Source: Monocercomonoides exilis PA203 (lineage: Eukaryota; Protista; Preaxostyla). Taken from it: a DNA stretch of 64,000 nucleotides. The notes under the pieces are model-generated. The model had not been told where the DNA came from. It saw nothing but the letters and a program-made list of their open reading frames with translations, and made no database searches. Below, one piece after another: positions 15,250 through 29,300 of this stretch; position 1 is the first letter of the stretch; every line of letters starts with the position of its first letter. The DNA is taken from positions 558,001 through 622,000 of the forward strand of contig LSRY02000044.1 in the NCBI GenBank assembly GCA_001643675.2, given 5' to 3'. A program made the position numbers and the translations under genes.

Positions 15250-16060
15250 TTTATCAAGCTATTCACTTTTATCAACAACAGAGTTGTATTTTGAGCTAAC
15301 TCTGTTTGGTGTTTGTCTGTTTGAATAACATCTAATGTGAATGTTGATTAGCGAAAAGTCTTTAAAAAGAATGTCATGTCTTCCTTTCACACATGAGCTT
15401 TTGTGGAAAAAACAGTAGAAAAATAAAATTCCATAATTCACTGCATTGATTTGTGAGCCAACAGCACCTCCTGCTGTCATCGAAAAGCAGTTGCAGAATA
15501 GGCAGTTATACAATTAGACTTTATCCATTGAAAGCCAATGCTCAATTGCACCACCTCCAGAACCTGAAGAGTTCAGCGCACTGCTGTTGAAAAATAAACT
15601 GATTAATAACACATATCTTCTGCCTCTCGGTTCTCTTTGCACGCAGATCAATTGCCCCTCCGTCGTTGCAGAAAGAGTAATTTTGAAAGGAACAATCATC
15701 GGTCATTGACGTGAATAAGCGTTTTCAAACTGAATTCCTCCACCACCGTTTCCATCTGAACTTGCTTTTTCTGTAGAACATTGCGTTAATGTGGTCTGGA
15801 GCAAAACACATTCAGAGATGTTCAATACATATATTCTTCCACATCTTGCGGAAGAAGCATTTCACATAGAAAAAGACGAATTTTCAACTCTCAGGATGGC
15901 TTTTTCATTGTCATACACATAAAGAGCACTTCCTTGTTGCTATGAACAACCAATCCATTTCCATAATGAGATGGACAAACTTTCTGTTGCATCCATTTTG
16001 TTTTCCCTTGTATTTGAATATGATTCAACTTAACATTGATGAGAAGAATTTTTCATTTGA
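15250..16060 (-). pseudogene. Degraded fragment of the GGA(I/V)-repeat beta-helix surface-protein family
   Basis: Pieces SDGNGGGGIQF, SGSGGGAIEHW and CFSMTAGGAVG...FFYCFFHKSSCVKGRHDILF are interrupted by stops and frameshifts. They mirror the N-terminal module of the 20381-33565 protein (GGG...YFFFFHDCSC...GHDVYF). Confidence 0.6.
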
Positions 16061-16714
16061 ATTGCTTTAACCAAGATAAACAGTGAAAAAGAATGAATAA
16101 GTTTTTTCAAATCTGAATAATTTTTCAACGTTCATACTTGTGAAACACATTGTCCCTCATATATCTTGTTCAGAAACTTTCGTGATAAAAGGCAACAAGT
16201 TTTATGTCACCAGAAAACAAATATTCTAATTGATCAAACAATAACATTAAAAATTAATATATCGAACAGGATTTTTTGGATGTTGAAGTTTATCATTGAT
16301 AATCTTTCTCGTTTGTGAAATTTTGAATATTGATGATAAATAATTTTAACAGAGTGTTTCATAACATTCTCCAATCGGTAAATATTTAGATCCTTGGAAA
16401 CTTTTTAAAAAATTTGACGCATATCATTCATCTGTCAAAAAAAAGCAAAGAAAACGTACAAACGATAATAACAATAACTTTGAAAAGAACAAAATTGTAT
16501 TCCAAAGCTTGCTTCGAAAAATCATTCATTATTTCATAATAATTTTGCATAAAAAATTTTTTCTTTAATTAATAATTATAAGAAACAACAGAATATTTTT
16601 CGATAAAATGCTTTGAAAAACTTCATATATATGCATAATATATTTTTTCACAGAAAAATTTTGTCAACCCGAGTTATTGCAAAATTCCCCAAAAATTTCA
16701 AAATTTCCATAGAC

Positions 16715-16764
16715 AATTTCAAAATTATTGGGTTATTTCAAAATAACCCAATAATTTTGAAATT
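16715..16764. repeat. Perfect hairpin with 24-bp arms and a 2-nt loop
   Basis: AATTTCAAAATTATTGGGTTATTT-CA-AAATAACCCAATAATTTTGAAATT. Confidence 0.85.
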
Positions 16765-17152
16765 TTTATTTATTTCACAATTCATCTATTATACATAAAT
16801 TAAGAACAGATTTTTGAAAAACAATTGCATTGCAGTATGATTTTAGTTATAATCAATCATCCGTAGGACTTCAATGCAACTCAACAAAATAACCATCTAT
16901 TCAATTATTGTTCATCACACGAAAATTTTCAGTGGAAAAGAACAACAAAAATGCAAAGTTTGGGGAGTTGAAATTTAGAGAAAATAACAAGAAGAGAAAT
17001 GGAGGAGTTTAAAAAAAGAAGGAAAGAAAAGAAACTCACAATTCATCGATTGATGTTGAAAAAAAAGATGATTTCTCAGAATCATTTCCAACAAGTTCAC
17101 ATCTGAAAAGCCAACAACCAGGTTTGCAATTTATGAAGGTTTTTGTTGAAAA

Positions 17153-19350
17153 GTGATAGCTGGTGGAGTTATGCTTGGAGGAAGTTGGGTGCTGGGATAT
17201 ACGAAAGGAGCATGGCTGGCGCGCCACAGCCAGCAGGGGAGGAGCGAGGGATGTGGGGATGGACAAGGAGGCAAGATTGACAAGGGCAAAACAAAAACAG
17301 AAGGAGCAAACAGCGACAGATCAGTGCAGACAACGGCAGAGTGTGCTCCTCAGCCTGCGCAGGCACATCCAGCAGGCAGGATGCAAGAAGTGGGAGATGG
17401 GTTGGAGCAGAAGGGACAGAGCAGCGGAGGAGCTTCTCAACCGGATGAACCATCTTCATCTTCAGAGAATTCGGAGATATCATCAACAACAACAATGGGA
17501 ATGGCAGACAATGCAGAGGGGAATGAAGGGAAAGGAAGGGGTGGAGAGGGTTTGTTGGGGGCAGAAGCAGAGAAGGTGTGTGTGGGAGAGGTGGTGGTGG
17601 AGGTGGGGAGAGAGTGTAGGAGCTTTGCGGATGTGGCGAAGGCGGTGCTGGGGCTGAGCCCGCAGATCCGGTTTCTGGAGAAGAGCGGGGGAGCAGAGGG
17701 GGAGAGCGAGGAGAGGATGGGGGAAGGGAGGCGGGAGAGCAGGGCGGGGCGTGGAAATGGGATGTGGGAGGATGTGGTGAAGGTGCGCTTCCCGGCCACA
17801 GGAATCGCTCTGCGGCTGCGATTGGGGCTGCACTGTGGCGGGGCAGGGAGGGGAGGAGCGGAGGGAGCGGAGGGGTTGGGGAAGGAAAGCAGCGGGGAGG
17901 GAGGGCCTGGGGTGGTTGTGTGTGTGCTGTCGTGTGCTGTGGTATCTGCACCGCTGGTGGGCCTTTGGAGGGTTCCGGTGGAATGGTATGGCGGGTGGCG
18001 GGGCACTGGATGGGCGAGCTGCCTGGGTGGGGTGGCTTCAGCACCAGAAGAAACAGAGGCAGAGGCAGAGGCAGATTTGGGGAAAGAAGGGAGCAAAAGT
18101 GTCTGTTGCAGGATTGGCAGTTGGGGGATTGGCAGTTGGGGGAGGAAGGGGAGCGTGCTTCCTGTGCTGCCGCCATTCTATGTGGCAGCGAACTCGGAGG
18201 TGGCGTGTGTGGTGACGCCGGAGGGTGGGAGGCGGAGAGCGGGAGGGAAGGATGGGAGGCGGAGTGCTTGGGCGAGTGGTCTGGAGGGGGAGATGGGGGT
18301 GGGGAGCTGGAGGGGGAGCTGGGGGAGGGGGAGGAGCGTGGTGCACGTGGTGTCGACGTGGAGCGGGTGCCGTGTTTGTGTTCCGTTTGTGATGGGCCGG
18401 CTGTGCTGGGTGTCTGTGCAGACAATGGAAGCGGAGGAAGAGGAGGAAAACGAGGAAGAGGAGGAAGAGGGAGGCGATGTGTGGTGATTGGGGTTGACTC
18501 GTCGCTGGAGGTGTGGGTGTGGTCGGTGGATGCGAGGTCTGCGATAGCGAAGGCAGTGGAGCGAGAAAGGAAAGGGTTGGCAGAGGAGGAGGAGGATGAG
18601 GAGGAGGCAGCACAAGGCTCGGCAGTGCTTGTGTTTCGGGCATCGCTGAGGCCGTGCTTCGGTCTGGAAGCAGAGGCGCAGGACTTGGCATCCGCGCCTT
18701 CTTCTGAGCCGCCATCGGATGTGCTGAGCCGGATTCAGGGGAAGTGGCAGGGGCTGTTTGGGGTGGGCGGGTGCTGTGCGGGAGAGAGGAGGGAAGGGCT
18801 GGGGAAGGGAGGGGAGAAGAGGAAGGGGAGGTATCGGCTTGTGGATGTGAAGGTGGTGAGAAAGAGGAAGAAGAAGGGAGGAGGAGGAGGAAGAGGAGGG
18901 GTTGTGCCAGTGGTGGTGGCTGAGTGCGAGGGTGTGTGTGGCGGGGAGGGTTGGCGGAGGGTGCTGCGGTGTGTGTATTCGGAGGAGTGCGGGGCGTGGC
19001 AGCCGTTTTCGGGCAGCAGGGGGTGCCTTTGGGAGGCAGTGGCGAGGGAGGGAGGAAGCCGCATGGCGCATGGGAGGGACGGAGGCAGGGAGAGGCGGGG
19101 AGGAGGCGGAGGGGCGAGGATGGCAGGGATGGTGAAGGTGCTGGACGGGGCAGACGCAGATGTGGCGCGGGCAGAGGAGCTGGAGCGGGAGATCCTGGGG
19201 CTGCTGCAGGCAGGGGCGTGCAGAGGAGGGAAGGAGGGGGAGGAGAATGCAGCGGTGCTGGGGCGTGTGCGGGAGCTGCAGACCCAGCTGGGGCAGATGG
19301 GCAGGGCATCTGCTGCTGCGCGTGCCTTCCACTTCGGATGGCCAGACTGA
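17153..19350 (+). CDS. GC-rich gene with a HIRA C-terminal-domain-like region, split by one frameshift near 18440-18485 (pseudogene or sequencing error)
   Basis: Frame A gives YVAANSEVACVVT...VVHVVSTWSGCRVCVPFVMG. Frame B then gives CVVIGVDSSLEVWVWSV...FRASLRP...GVVPVVV...CVYSEECGAW. This order follows my recollection of the Hira (PF07569) pattern. No WD40 N-terminus is visible. Confidence 0.4.
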
Positions 19351-20380
19351 GGATGAATGAACGTGGCGTTGCACACACTCACACACATGCACAGAAGGAG
19401 GGAATGCCAGAGCGTGTGGCGATGCTTGCTCTCTGGCTCTTGCATGCACCCCTTCCGAAGCATGGCCTTTCTGAAGTGTCACCAGCCATTCGCTGGACGA
19501 AGAGAGGGAGAGAGAGGGAGAGGAGCAGATGCGTCATTGCGTGCTGATTCCTCTGGAACTTGTTCAAAGGCAGCCATCCGCCAAGTTGAAAAAAAAAAAA
19601 ACAAAGTTATTGTACGTGTTTTTTCTTTTGCTTGTTTTTTCAGCTTCAAAAATACATATAAACAAAAAAAAACACTTCCTGACATGCTCAGCTGTGCATT
19701 TTCTTCCTCGCTGCAGATGCTTTTCTTTCTTTTCCTTTTTTCTGAAGGAGTTCGCATCAAAAAACACGAAAAAAGCTGCTTTTTCTGCACTGCTGCATGT
19801 GCACCTTTTGGAAAGGCTCCTCCTGTTCAGAAGGGCCAGGGATGAGTAAAAACATAAAATACGACCAAACACGCCAATGTCAACCAAAAACGCTGTCCAA
19901 CATCCCTATGCAATTGATAAATCGAAATATAGGAATCAAAAAAAGACTCATTCTTCCAGCTCGGTTTGCGAGGCACAAGGCTTCAAATCCTTTCAGATGA
20001 ATAAAACTCGCAAAAGCGCTGACAATAAGCATTCATTCGCCCTTTCATAAGCTGCATTGCACTCGCACTGCAATTTCCCTCCATTGCGCTGTTTCCCCTA
20101 TCTTCAGCAAAATTGAAGTCATTTCTTGATTTCGTTTGAACAATTATCATTCCCTCTGTTTTCCTCAAAAACATGAAAAATAACAATCCTGCCTGGAGTG
20201 CAGCATTCATCTTTTATTCCTCCATCTCATCAGCTGAACTCTTGCTCCTCCATATTTGCCTCGATATTCGCGTTTTAAATGATGGACAGCCCATAAGGGC
20301 AATAATGACGATCCACATTCGCATAATAACCAAAAAAAGATCGCGAAAACAAAAACCGGGGAATTGACGCTGATACAGCG

Positions 20381-23300
20381 ATGAGCATCATAGCATTGGG
20401 TATTGCGGCGCTAGCAGCTGAATTGTGCTTGCAGGAAGGAGGATGGGGTGCATGGGGAGAGGAGTGGAAGATGGGCAAAGAGAGGGAAAAGACTGAAATG
20501 GTTCCTGCAGGGGCAGGCAAGGGAGAGAGCGGAATTATTAATGGACGGAAAGTGAACAATATATATGTGGATGCGAGGGGAGCGAGAGAAAATGAAGAAG
20601 AAAATGAAAAAGCGAATGGATTGAAAGATTTGGACGAAGAAAAGCCCAATGAAGAGAAAGAAACTGACGAAAAAGAAAATGGAAGGAAACGCGAGATAAA
20701 TAATAACTCTGCACATGCAACCAGAGGAAGGGGCAGAAATGGTGTTTTTGGGGCAGAGGGGAGCGAAATAGAAGGAAGTTGGAGATTGAAGAATTCTTCG
20801 GCAACATGGAGTGGATTGGGGCTGCAAACGAGCGGGAACAGAAATGTTATTTTGGCTGAAAAGGGGAGCGAGGTGGTGATTTGCGGGTGCTCGGTTGCTG
20901 TGCTCGATGAGATTTCACCATTTAATTTTGATGGGAGCTGTGGATTGTTCGCCAACATTTCCCTCAGATCGTCTTCAACCTCAACCTTAACCTCGACTGA
21001 ACAGATATTCCCTCCACTTTTCTCTTCAAAAGCAGTGGAAGGAGAGATTTGTGAGAAATGCCACATTTCTGTTTGCTCTTCTCATTTCTCATCTTTTTGT
21101 GTGTCTTCAGCCCCATTCATCTCATCTCATTTTGTGTGCCTTTCCCAATTAGAATTCTTCAACATCTCCACAAATCCATCGAAAACAACATATCTGGCTG
21201 AAGGGCAGATCCAAACATCATTTCTGATGAGTGGATGCACATTTTTATCGGTATGGGATGTTTATGATGGGGGCATTGTCCCTTCACTTAACAGCCCCTC
21301 ATCATCCTTGTCTGCCTCGAACACCTCGTTTGTTGGATGCTATCGCACTCAGAATGTTGCAGTCAATGGGAGTGAAGGGAATCCATCGAAACCAGGGAGA
21401 CAGCAGATTACAGACAGTGGGGCGAATTCATTCACCTGGTGTGTGTGGAATGGGTCAAAAACCACTGGGTCAGGAACTTCTTATTCAGATGGAGCTTCAA
21501 ATGGTGGAGCAATTTACATGTATAACAAGGCATCTGGGACACTTTCAGTGAAATTTTGTTCATTCAATGACTGCTATGCGTATTATGGTGGGGGAGCAAT
21601 AACAGCATATGAAATACGTTCCATTACGGTCGATAACACTTCGTTCAACGCTTGCACAGCACAGAACTACGAAGGCGGAGGAATTGACATTTATTCGATT
21701 TCTTTGTGTGTCAGGATCAGTGGTTGCGAGTTACAGAAATGCAATGCAATTAATCGTGGAGGAGGACTTTATCTTTCAACTTTTCAGGTTTCTGGATCTT
21801 CATGCATTGGAACAGATAATGGCAAAGGAGAAAGTGCTTGCGTGTTTGAGTGTTCATTCACTTCGTGCTCAGTTACAAAAGCGAATGGCGGAGGGATGTT
21901 TTGCCAAAATGTTCCAGCTGCATTCAAAATGAGGAGCCTCCAGTTCATTTCGTGCTCAGCTGTATCATATGGCGGAGGGTTTTGGTTTAATCCATGGCAA
22001 CAAGCAGCTCCAACCAAAAACATTTATTGTTATTTTTTTTTCTTCCACGATTGCAGTTGCAACGCCTCCACTCCATATGGCCACGATGTGTATTTTCGAG
22101 ATGCTGACAATATCTTTTCGTCATACAACCCTTTCTACGAATCTTATACAACGAATAGCAATGACAAGAGAGTGTGCTATGCTTATTATTCTGGCGGTTG
22201 GTATTATCAGCACACAGAAAAGAAGGATTGGCTGAAGGACAAAACAATATATGTTGGAGTGAGTGGAGATGACACGAGCAATCTGTGTGGGATGAGCGAG
22301 GCAGCACCTTGCAAGACAGTGGGGCATGCAGTGGGGTCGAGCATGGCGCAGCTGAGCTCGGCAATCACTTTGCTGAGTGGAAGGCATGTGAGCGAAAATT
22401 CAACAATCAGTGTTGGGGAAAAGACGATTTCTGTTGTTGGAAGAGGGAAGACAGTGAGTGTGATTGGGACGAATTCTCTTTCGACCTCTTCAACAACGTT
22501 GTTTAGCGTATCTTCTGGCCAACTGGAGGTGGGGCATGTGGAGATCGATCACAACTCGATGAGAAGTCCATCGCCGAGTGTGTTTGTGGTGTCTGTGGGG
22601 AGCGGGACTCTTTCGCTGGAGGATGTGGTGATCGACTCTTCCACATCAGGAGGAAGTGTAATATCTTCATCTGTGTTTGAAGTGGCTCTGAAGCAATTAA
22701 AAATGGTTGATGTTGAGATCAAAAATATGAAAATGAGTCAATCGCTATTTGCAGAACCTTCATCAGCAGGATCTTCATCTGGAGAGAGTGTTTTGGCGAA
22801 TGTGACAATTCGAAATGTGAATCGGACAGAAGGAGATGGAGTGGTGATGGCAAAGAGTGTGAAGGGAGGAGAGACATTTGTGGCATGGAATACAACAATA
22901 GAAGGGTGCGAGTGTTTGAATGGAGATGGAGGAGGGATAAAGGTTGTATTGGAGGATTCAACAAGCAAGGTTCTTATTGGAGGTTCAACATCACAAAGTG
23001 AAGGAACAACAACATTTAATCAATGCAAGAGCAGTGGATATGGAGGAGGGGTGATGCTGTATCTGGCAGATAACTCATTCGATTTTACAATAACATCGGT
23101 GAGTTTTATTGGTTGCAGTACAACGCTGGGAGGGAAAGATGTGTTTGTGAATGGGAGCAGGCTGGTGAGTGGGACAATAACAGCCACAAAGCTGAATATC
23201 TCACGAAATGTTTCTATTAATGATGAGCTGATGGGATATGATCGGAATGAGGAAGAGATGGGAATATTCCCATTGAATATGTTTTTGGAAGCATTTTCAG

Positions 23301-26300
23301 GAGCAGCACATGTGGGGAACGCTGTGAATGGGTATGGAGGATATGACTGGTGGTTTTGTGGGTTTGGGTATTTTCCATGCAAAACGATCACAAAGGTAGC
23401 AGAGAACAGATTCGGTTCGTCAAAGAAGAATATTGTGTTGGATTCAGGGTTTGAGTTGGGAGAAGTTGTTTCGATGGCAGGGTCATATGAATGGGAGGTG
23501 TATTGTGGGATTAACAAGACGAATGTGAATGTGAGAGTGCCTGGTGGAATGACATCTTCGTGTTTGATAAATGTTGAGAGTGCGAGTTCAATCAAGAACA
23601 TTGGGTTCCAAATTCCATTTTCGCTATCGAGTGCAACATCGCTCATTTGTTTGACCAGCTCATCACTCACACTCACAGACTGCTCAGTTGCTCATTCATC
23701 AGAGAGCACATCGAGTGTGGCCTTTGGATACAGCATTGTGAATGCGCAGAGTGGGAGTCTGAAAATGGAACGATTTGTGATGGAGGAAGGGCTGGCATTC
23801 AATGATCATTCAGCGATTGAATTTTGTGAAGGAATGACGAGTGTGATTTGTTCAGGATGCAATATCAGTGGGGTCAAAAGGAATGGTGGAGACGGAGGAT
23901 GGATGAAAGGAACAGTTGGAGGGAGTGGAACGTTGACAGTTGATGGATGCAATGTGAATGGGTGCAGTTGTGGTGGTGGAAATGGGGGAGGAATATATGT
24001 TGGATTGAAGGGAAATGGGAAAGTGGTTGTGAGTGGAACGAGTGTGATTGATGGGAATAAGGCAGAGAATAATGGAGGGAATGGAGGGAGAGGAGGAGGG
24101 ATGTTTGTATTGATGGAGAGTGGAGAGTGTGGATTGACAATTGGGAAGAATGTTCAGTTTTCGAAAGATCATGGGAATGTGGCAACATATGGGAAGGATG
24201 TGTTTGTTGATTGTGGAAGTGGTGTGTTTTTGGAGTCAAAAGTGAACACCAGCTCATTTTCATTTTTTGACACAAGCACCATTCCATCAGATGTGTTTCA
24301 GCTGAGTGGGAGTGAAAATGGGGAAGAAAGTGGAGTGATTCCACTGTTTGTGTATTTGTGCTCAATGGGAACAAAAGTGCTTGTTGATGGGAGTGGAGGA
24401 AATGGGAAGGACCACAACCATTGTGGATTTGATGCATTCAGGTGTTTAACAGTTGATTATTGTGCGAACTCGAGATTGAGTGAAAGTTCAAAAGAAATAG
24501 AGGTTGTCTCATCTTCGTCAATAACGAAGGAAATAACAGTACCATCATTTGGTGTGATAATTTCAGGCAGAATAACATCAGAGGAAGGAGAGAGGATGGG
24601 AGTGAATGTGAGTGATGGAGGATCAGCCACACAAGACTGGCTTGTTGGATGTTCGAGTTTACTGACAATGAGTCGACTTTCATTTGTTGTGAAAGGTCAG
24701 TTGAATTCAAGGAGAAGTGCATTCATTCATTCAACAACAACACTCAGTGTGACGAACTGTTCAATCTCATTTGAGAGTGGGGCATTAACAGATGGAAAGA
24801 TCAAATACAGCATCATTGAGATGGCAGGAGGGAATCTGATTGTTGATGGATTTGTGATGGAAAGTGGAGTGACACTGACAATGAATGGGAAATCGCCAAT
24901 CACAATGACAAGTGGAGCTCGATTGGAGATATTGAACAGCAGAATGAGTGGAGTGGAGGTGAATGTGGCAGGTGGAAGTGGAGGAGGGGGATGTTTGAAT
25001 GTTGGGATGGGGGTTAATGGGAATGTGAAAATTGAAGAATCTAATTTGTCCTCGACATGCTCAGGTGGAAGTGGAATGAAAGGGGGAGGGATGATGATAT
25101 CATTTGGAAGCAGAGGAACATTGAAAGTAAAAGGAGTGAAATTATCGGGATGTGCTGTGCCATCAGAGGATATTGAGAATGGAGGGAGAGGAATGGGAGG
25201 AGGGATGTTTGCTGAACTTGCCAATCAAATGGGAACGTTTTCATTGGAGAGCATGACATTTGAGGGATGCAACGCATGGAAAGGGAAGAATTTGTTTGTG
25301 GAAGCACAGGATTTGACAACTGTTATCAACAGCACATCAATTGGATTCGATCCAGAAATTGGAATTAAAGTTGCAGACTTGAATGAACTTTGTGGAAGAG
25401 AAAGAGATGAGGCAGAACTGATTGTTCCACTTGTTGTATTTCTTCGGACATTTTCATCACCAGCATATGTGAGTGGGAGAGAACAAGGAAGTGAATTCAA
25501 ATTGTGTGGATATGAAGATTACCCATGCAAAGGAATTGGGAATGTTGGAGAAGTTCAGTTTCCGAGTTCAGAGAGAACGATCAGACTGACAAGCACATTT
25601 TCATTTGATGAAGAAGTGAATTTGGATGAACAATCATATGAGATTGATTCGAGCAACAAAGATGTTGGAATAAAAATTGGAGGAACAGGAACAAAAACAC
25701 AAGAAGCACTTGTGATGAACAGTGTTTTATCAACATTGACAGGGATATTGTTTGAATTTGGAGGATCAATTGGGGAACGATCATCATTTGTTCATTCTTC
25801 AGGAGGGACATTGAGATTTGGTAATTGTGGGATAAAGATGGGAAATGGAGTGGATTCTGCGAATTATGTGTTTGTGAGTGCAAGTGGAGGGACATTATCC
25901 ATTTCAGGTTTCAGCATGACTTATGTGAGATTTGGAATGAATCCATTCATTGTTGTTGATGGGAGCGGAGAGGCTTCGATTGAGGATTCGTTGCTTGAGA
26001 GTGTGGAAACAACAAATATGAAGGGATTGATTGATTATTCATCACCATCGAGTTCATTGACGATCGGGAATGTGACAGCACAAGAGTGTGTGATGGGAGG
26101 GAAAGGACTGATATGGGATGATAATGGAAAGAAGCTGGGGATGAGGAATTGCACGATTATGAAAATGAGCAGTTTGGAGGGAAATGGGAGTGTTGTGAGT
26201 GGAGAAGTTGGGGATGGATGTGCTGTTGAGGTGAATGATGTTGTGATTGAAGAATGTGGAACATTGAAGGGATGTGGAGGAGGGATGAGTGTGATATTGA

Positions 26301-29300
26301 AGGGAACAGGAGAAATGCGTTTGGGGAAGAGTGGAGTGGTGACATCGTTTGAGAAATGTTCGGCTGGTGGTGAGGGATCAGTTGGGGGATATGGAGGAGG
26401 AGTGTTGTTGAGATGCGAGGAAGGAGGAAGGGACTTTGTGATGAGTGGATTGACATTTGGAAGAGGTGAGGGAGCAAACACAGCGGCACATGGAGGAAAC
26501 AATGTGTTTGTTGAAGGAACTAATTTGTATCAATTGGTGAATAATGTTTCATTTGACTTCTTGTTTGAGATTGAAGGTGAAGGATTCAACATAAAAGATC
26601 TTATGGGAGCAGAAAATGGGAATGAGTTGAAATTGATTCCAATTGTGGTGTTCTTTCGAGAGAAGCCGAGTGTTGGGTATGTGAATGGGGGAAATGGAGG
26701 GATGGACTATCATAAGTGCGGATATCCTGACTTTCCATGCTCCACATTGCCATATGCAGGAACAAGTGTTTTTGGCACATCGCCAGCAACACTGAAACTT
26801 GTTGATGGAAGTTCTATTTCTGATGAAATGATACTCAACACTCAAGAAATGAACATTGATGGAGATGTTGAAAAGGCAAATATTGGAATTAGCGAAGGAG
26901 GAGAAAATGAATTTTTGATAAAGAGCGAACGAGCAATATCGTTTTCATCATTGGCATTTTCGATAACAACATTTGCCGAATCAAGAAAGGAGTGTGTTTT
27001 TTTGTGCAGTGCAAGCACATTGAGATTTGAAGGATGCTCATTTGGAGCAGAATCAGAAAAGATTGGAATTGGATTGATTTGCGGGAAAGGAGGGAAAGTG
27101 GAGCTGGCGAAATGTGAATTTGGAGATTTTGCAATGACCAAATTAGGGATGGTGACTTTTGATGGAGCAGGGGTTGGAGGATTGATTGATGAGGTGATTG
27201 TGAGGAATGTGACAAGAGAATATGAGGGGAGAAGCTTATTTGAGCTGAGAAACGGAGGAGATGTTGAGATTAAGAACACGACGATGAATGAATCGAGCTT
27301 TGATGATGGAAATGAGATTGAGATTGGAGAAGGGATTAATGCGAAAATCTGGAACTGCACATTCAAATCGATTCAGAGAGTGAATGGGAATGGAGGGGTG
27401 TTGAATGGGAGACTGGGGAGTGGGAAGTGTGTGGATATTAACAAATGCGTGTTTGAGGAATGCAGATGCAATTCAGCGAGCGCAATTGGGGGAGGAATTG
27501 TTATGATTGTGGGAGATGGAGGAAAACTGTTGTTTGATGATAACAAGATGAATGGATGCACAGTTTCAGATAGGAGTGGAAAAGGAGGAGGGATGCATCT
27601 GACATTTGAAACAACGAATATTGACTATTCTATGAAGAATGATGATTTTGCGAACAATGTTGCACAAAAAGGAGAAGATGTGTATTTGGTGTGTGGATCA
27701 CCATGGACGATGCTTCTTCCAGCGTTGTGGGAAGGGACAGCCACAAGAGTCACAGCAGAAAATAGGATGTGGGTGCTTGAGTCATCTGAAGCAAGAAAAG
27801 AAGACTCGCTGATCAATTATCTGTTTCCAAGGTTGGGAACGGATTTGTTTGTAAGCAATGCTGGAAACGGATTATCAAGTTGTGGAGCGAAAGAAAATCC
27901 TTGCTCGTCTGTTGATATTGGGTTTGATCGGTTGAAGGATGAGATAGAGAGGATTATGCTTGTTGGTGCTGCTTCAGTGAGCAAGACGATCAACAGAGGT
28001 GGGAAAGGACTGACAATCAAAGGGAATGAAGTTACAAAAAAACTGGTTGTTGAAGAGGGAGGGAAATTTGAATTGACAGAAGGAGATGGGCAAACACATT
28101 TGACTTTGTCACTTCTTCAGATTTCGCTTCAATGCTCCTCCTCTGCAAGCGCAAGTGGTGATGAATCGATTGTGGAAGTGAGGATTGGGGAATGCTTCAT
28201 TTTGGATTGTTTGTTTTCAGGAGGAGAAGGGAATTCAAATGTGAATGAGTGTGGGAAGTGGATCGTGATTGGGAATGGAGGGGTCATTCGAATGGAGAGA
28301 ACAGAATTGAATGGGATAAAGTTCGAAGGATGTGGAGTTGCAAGATTTGGAGGAGGGAGTGTGATATTTGAGAACTGTTCATTTGATGGGATTGAGACTA
28401 GTGGAGGAGGAGTGATAGTGGGGCATAGTGGATCGGAAGTGACATTGAGGAACATGACAGGATTGGGGTGTGTTGTGGGAGCTGGATCGCTGATAACATC
28501 TAATGAAGGATCGAGTTTGAGGGTTGATGGAGGAAGCAGATTTGAGGATATTGAGACAGAAAGTGTGAGTGGAGGGTGTGTGAAGAGCGAGATGAAGCTG
28601 AATGATTTGCTTGAAATTGGATCAACATCCATATTGAGATGCTCGGCGAATGGAAATGGAGGAAGAGGAGGAGGAATATATCTGGATTTGAGTGACAATT
28701 GTGTGAATAACTTTTCGTTGACAACATTGACATTCAGAGAGAATGTTGCAGCTGAGGGAAGGGATTTATTCATTTCTTGCAAGAAACTGAATGAAACAGT
28801 GACGAAGGAGAGGTTTGGATTTGAATACAAATATGAAAATGGAGAAGGAGAAGGTCAGGCAGTTGATATGAAAGGGATTGACAGAGACTATTTTGCAGAG
28901 AGTGTTGATCTTGGGCTGTTTCTTGTTGAAATGAAGAGAATGGATGTGTGTGTGTCGAGAGAGGGTTATGACACATTGGGATGTGGGAGCGATGGATATC
29001 CATGTGAATCGATGTGGAGTGGAATAAGCCACATTGACATGAATGGAACGGAAGGAGAAAGGAAAGTGAAAGTGAGGGATGAAGGGACAATTGAAGATGT
29101 TTATTCATTCACAGATGCACTTGCGATTGATGGTTGTGTGAATGAGGGAGATGAAACAAAATACAAGCCTGTTCATTTTGAGGAGACAATCAAAGGGAAT
29201 TCTGCAACAACTTCATCTGTTATTTCATCAACTGTCTCACTCAGCTTGTTATCTTTGAAATTGCAGTTTCCAAGTCAATTTGAGCCAAATATGAATTCGT

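Noticed and set aside
17169-19482. Long Pro/Ser-rich minus-strand ORFs
   Set aside because: They are a by-product of the stop-poor G-rich plus strand and show no domain signal.
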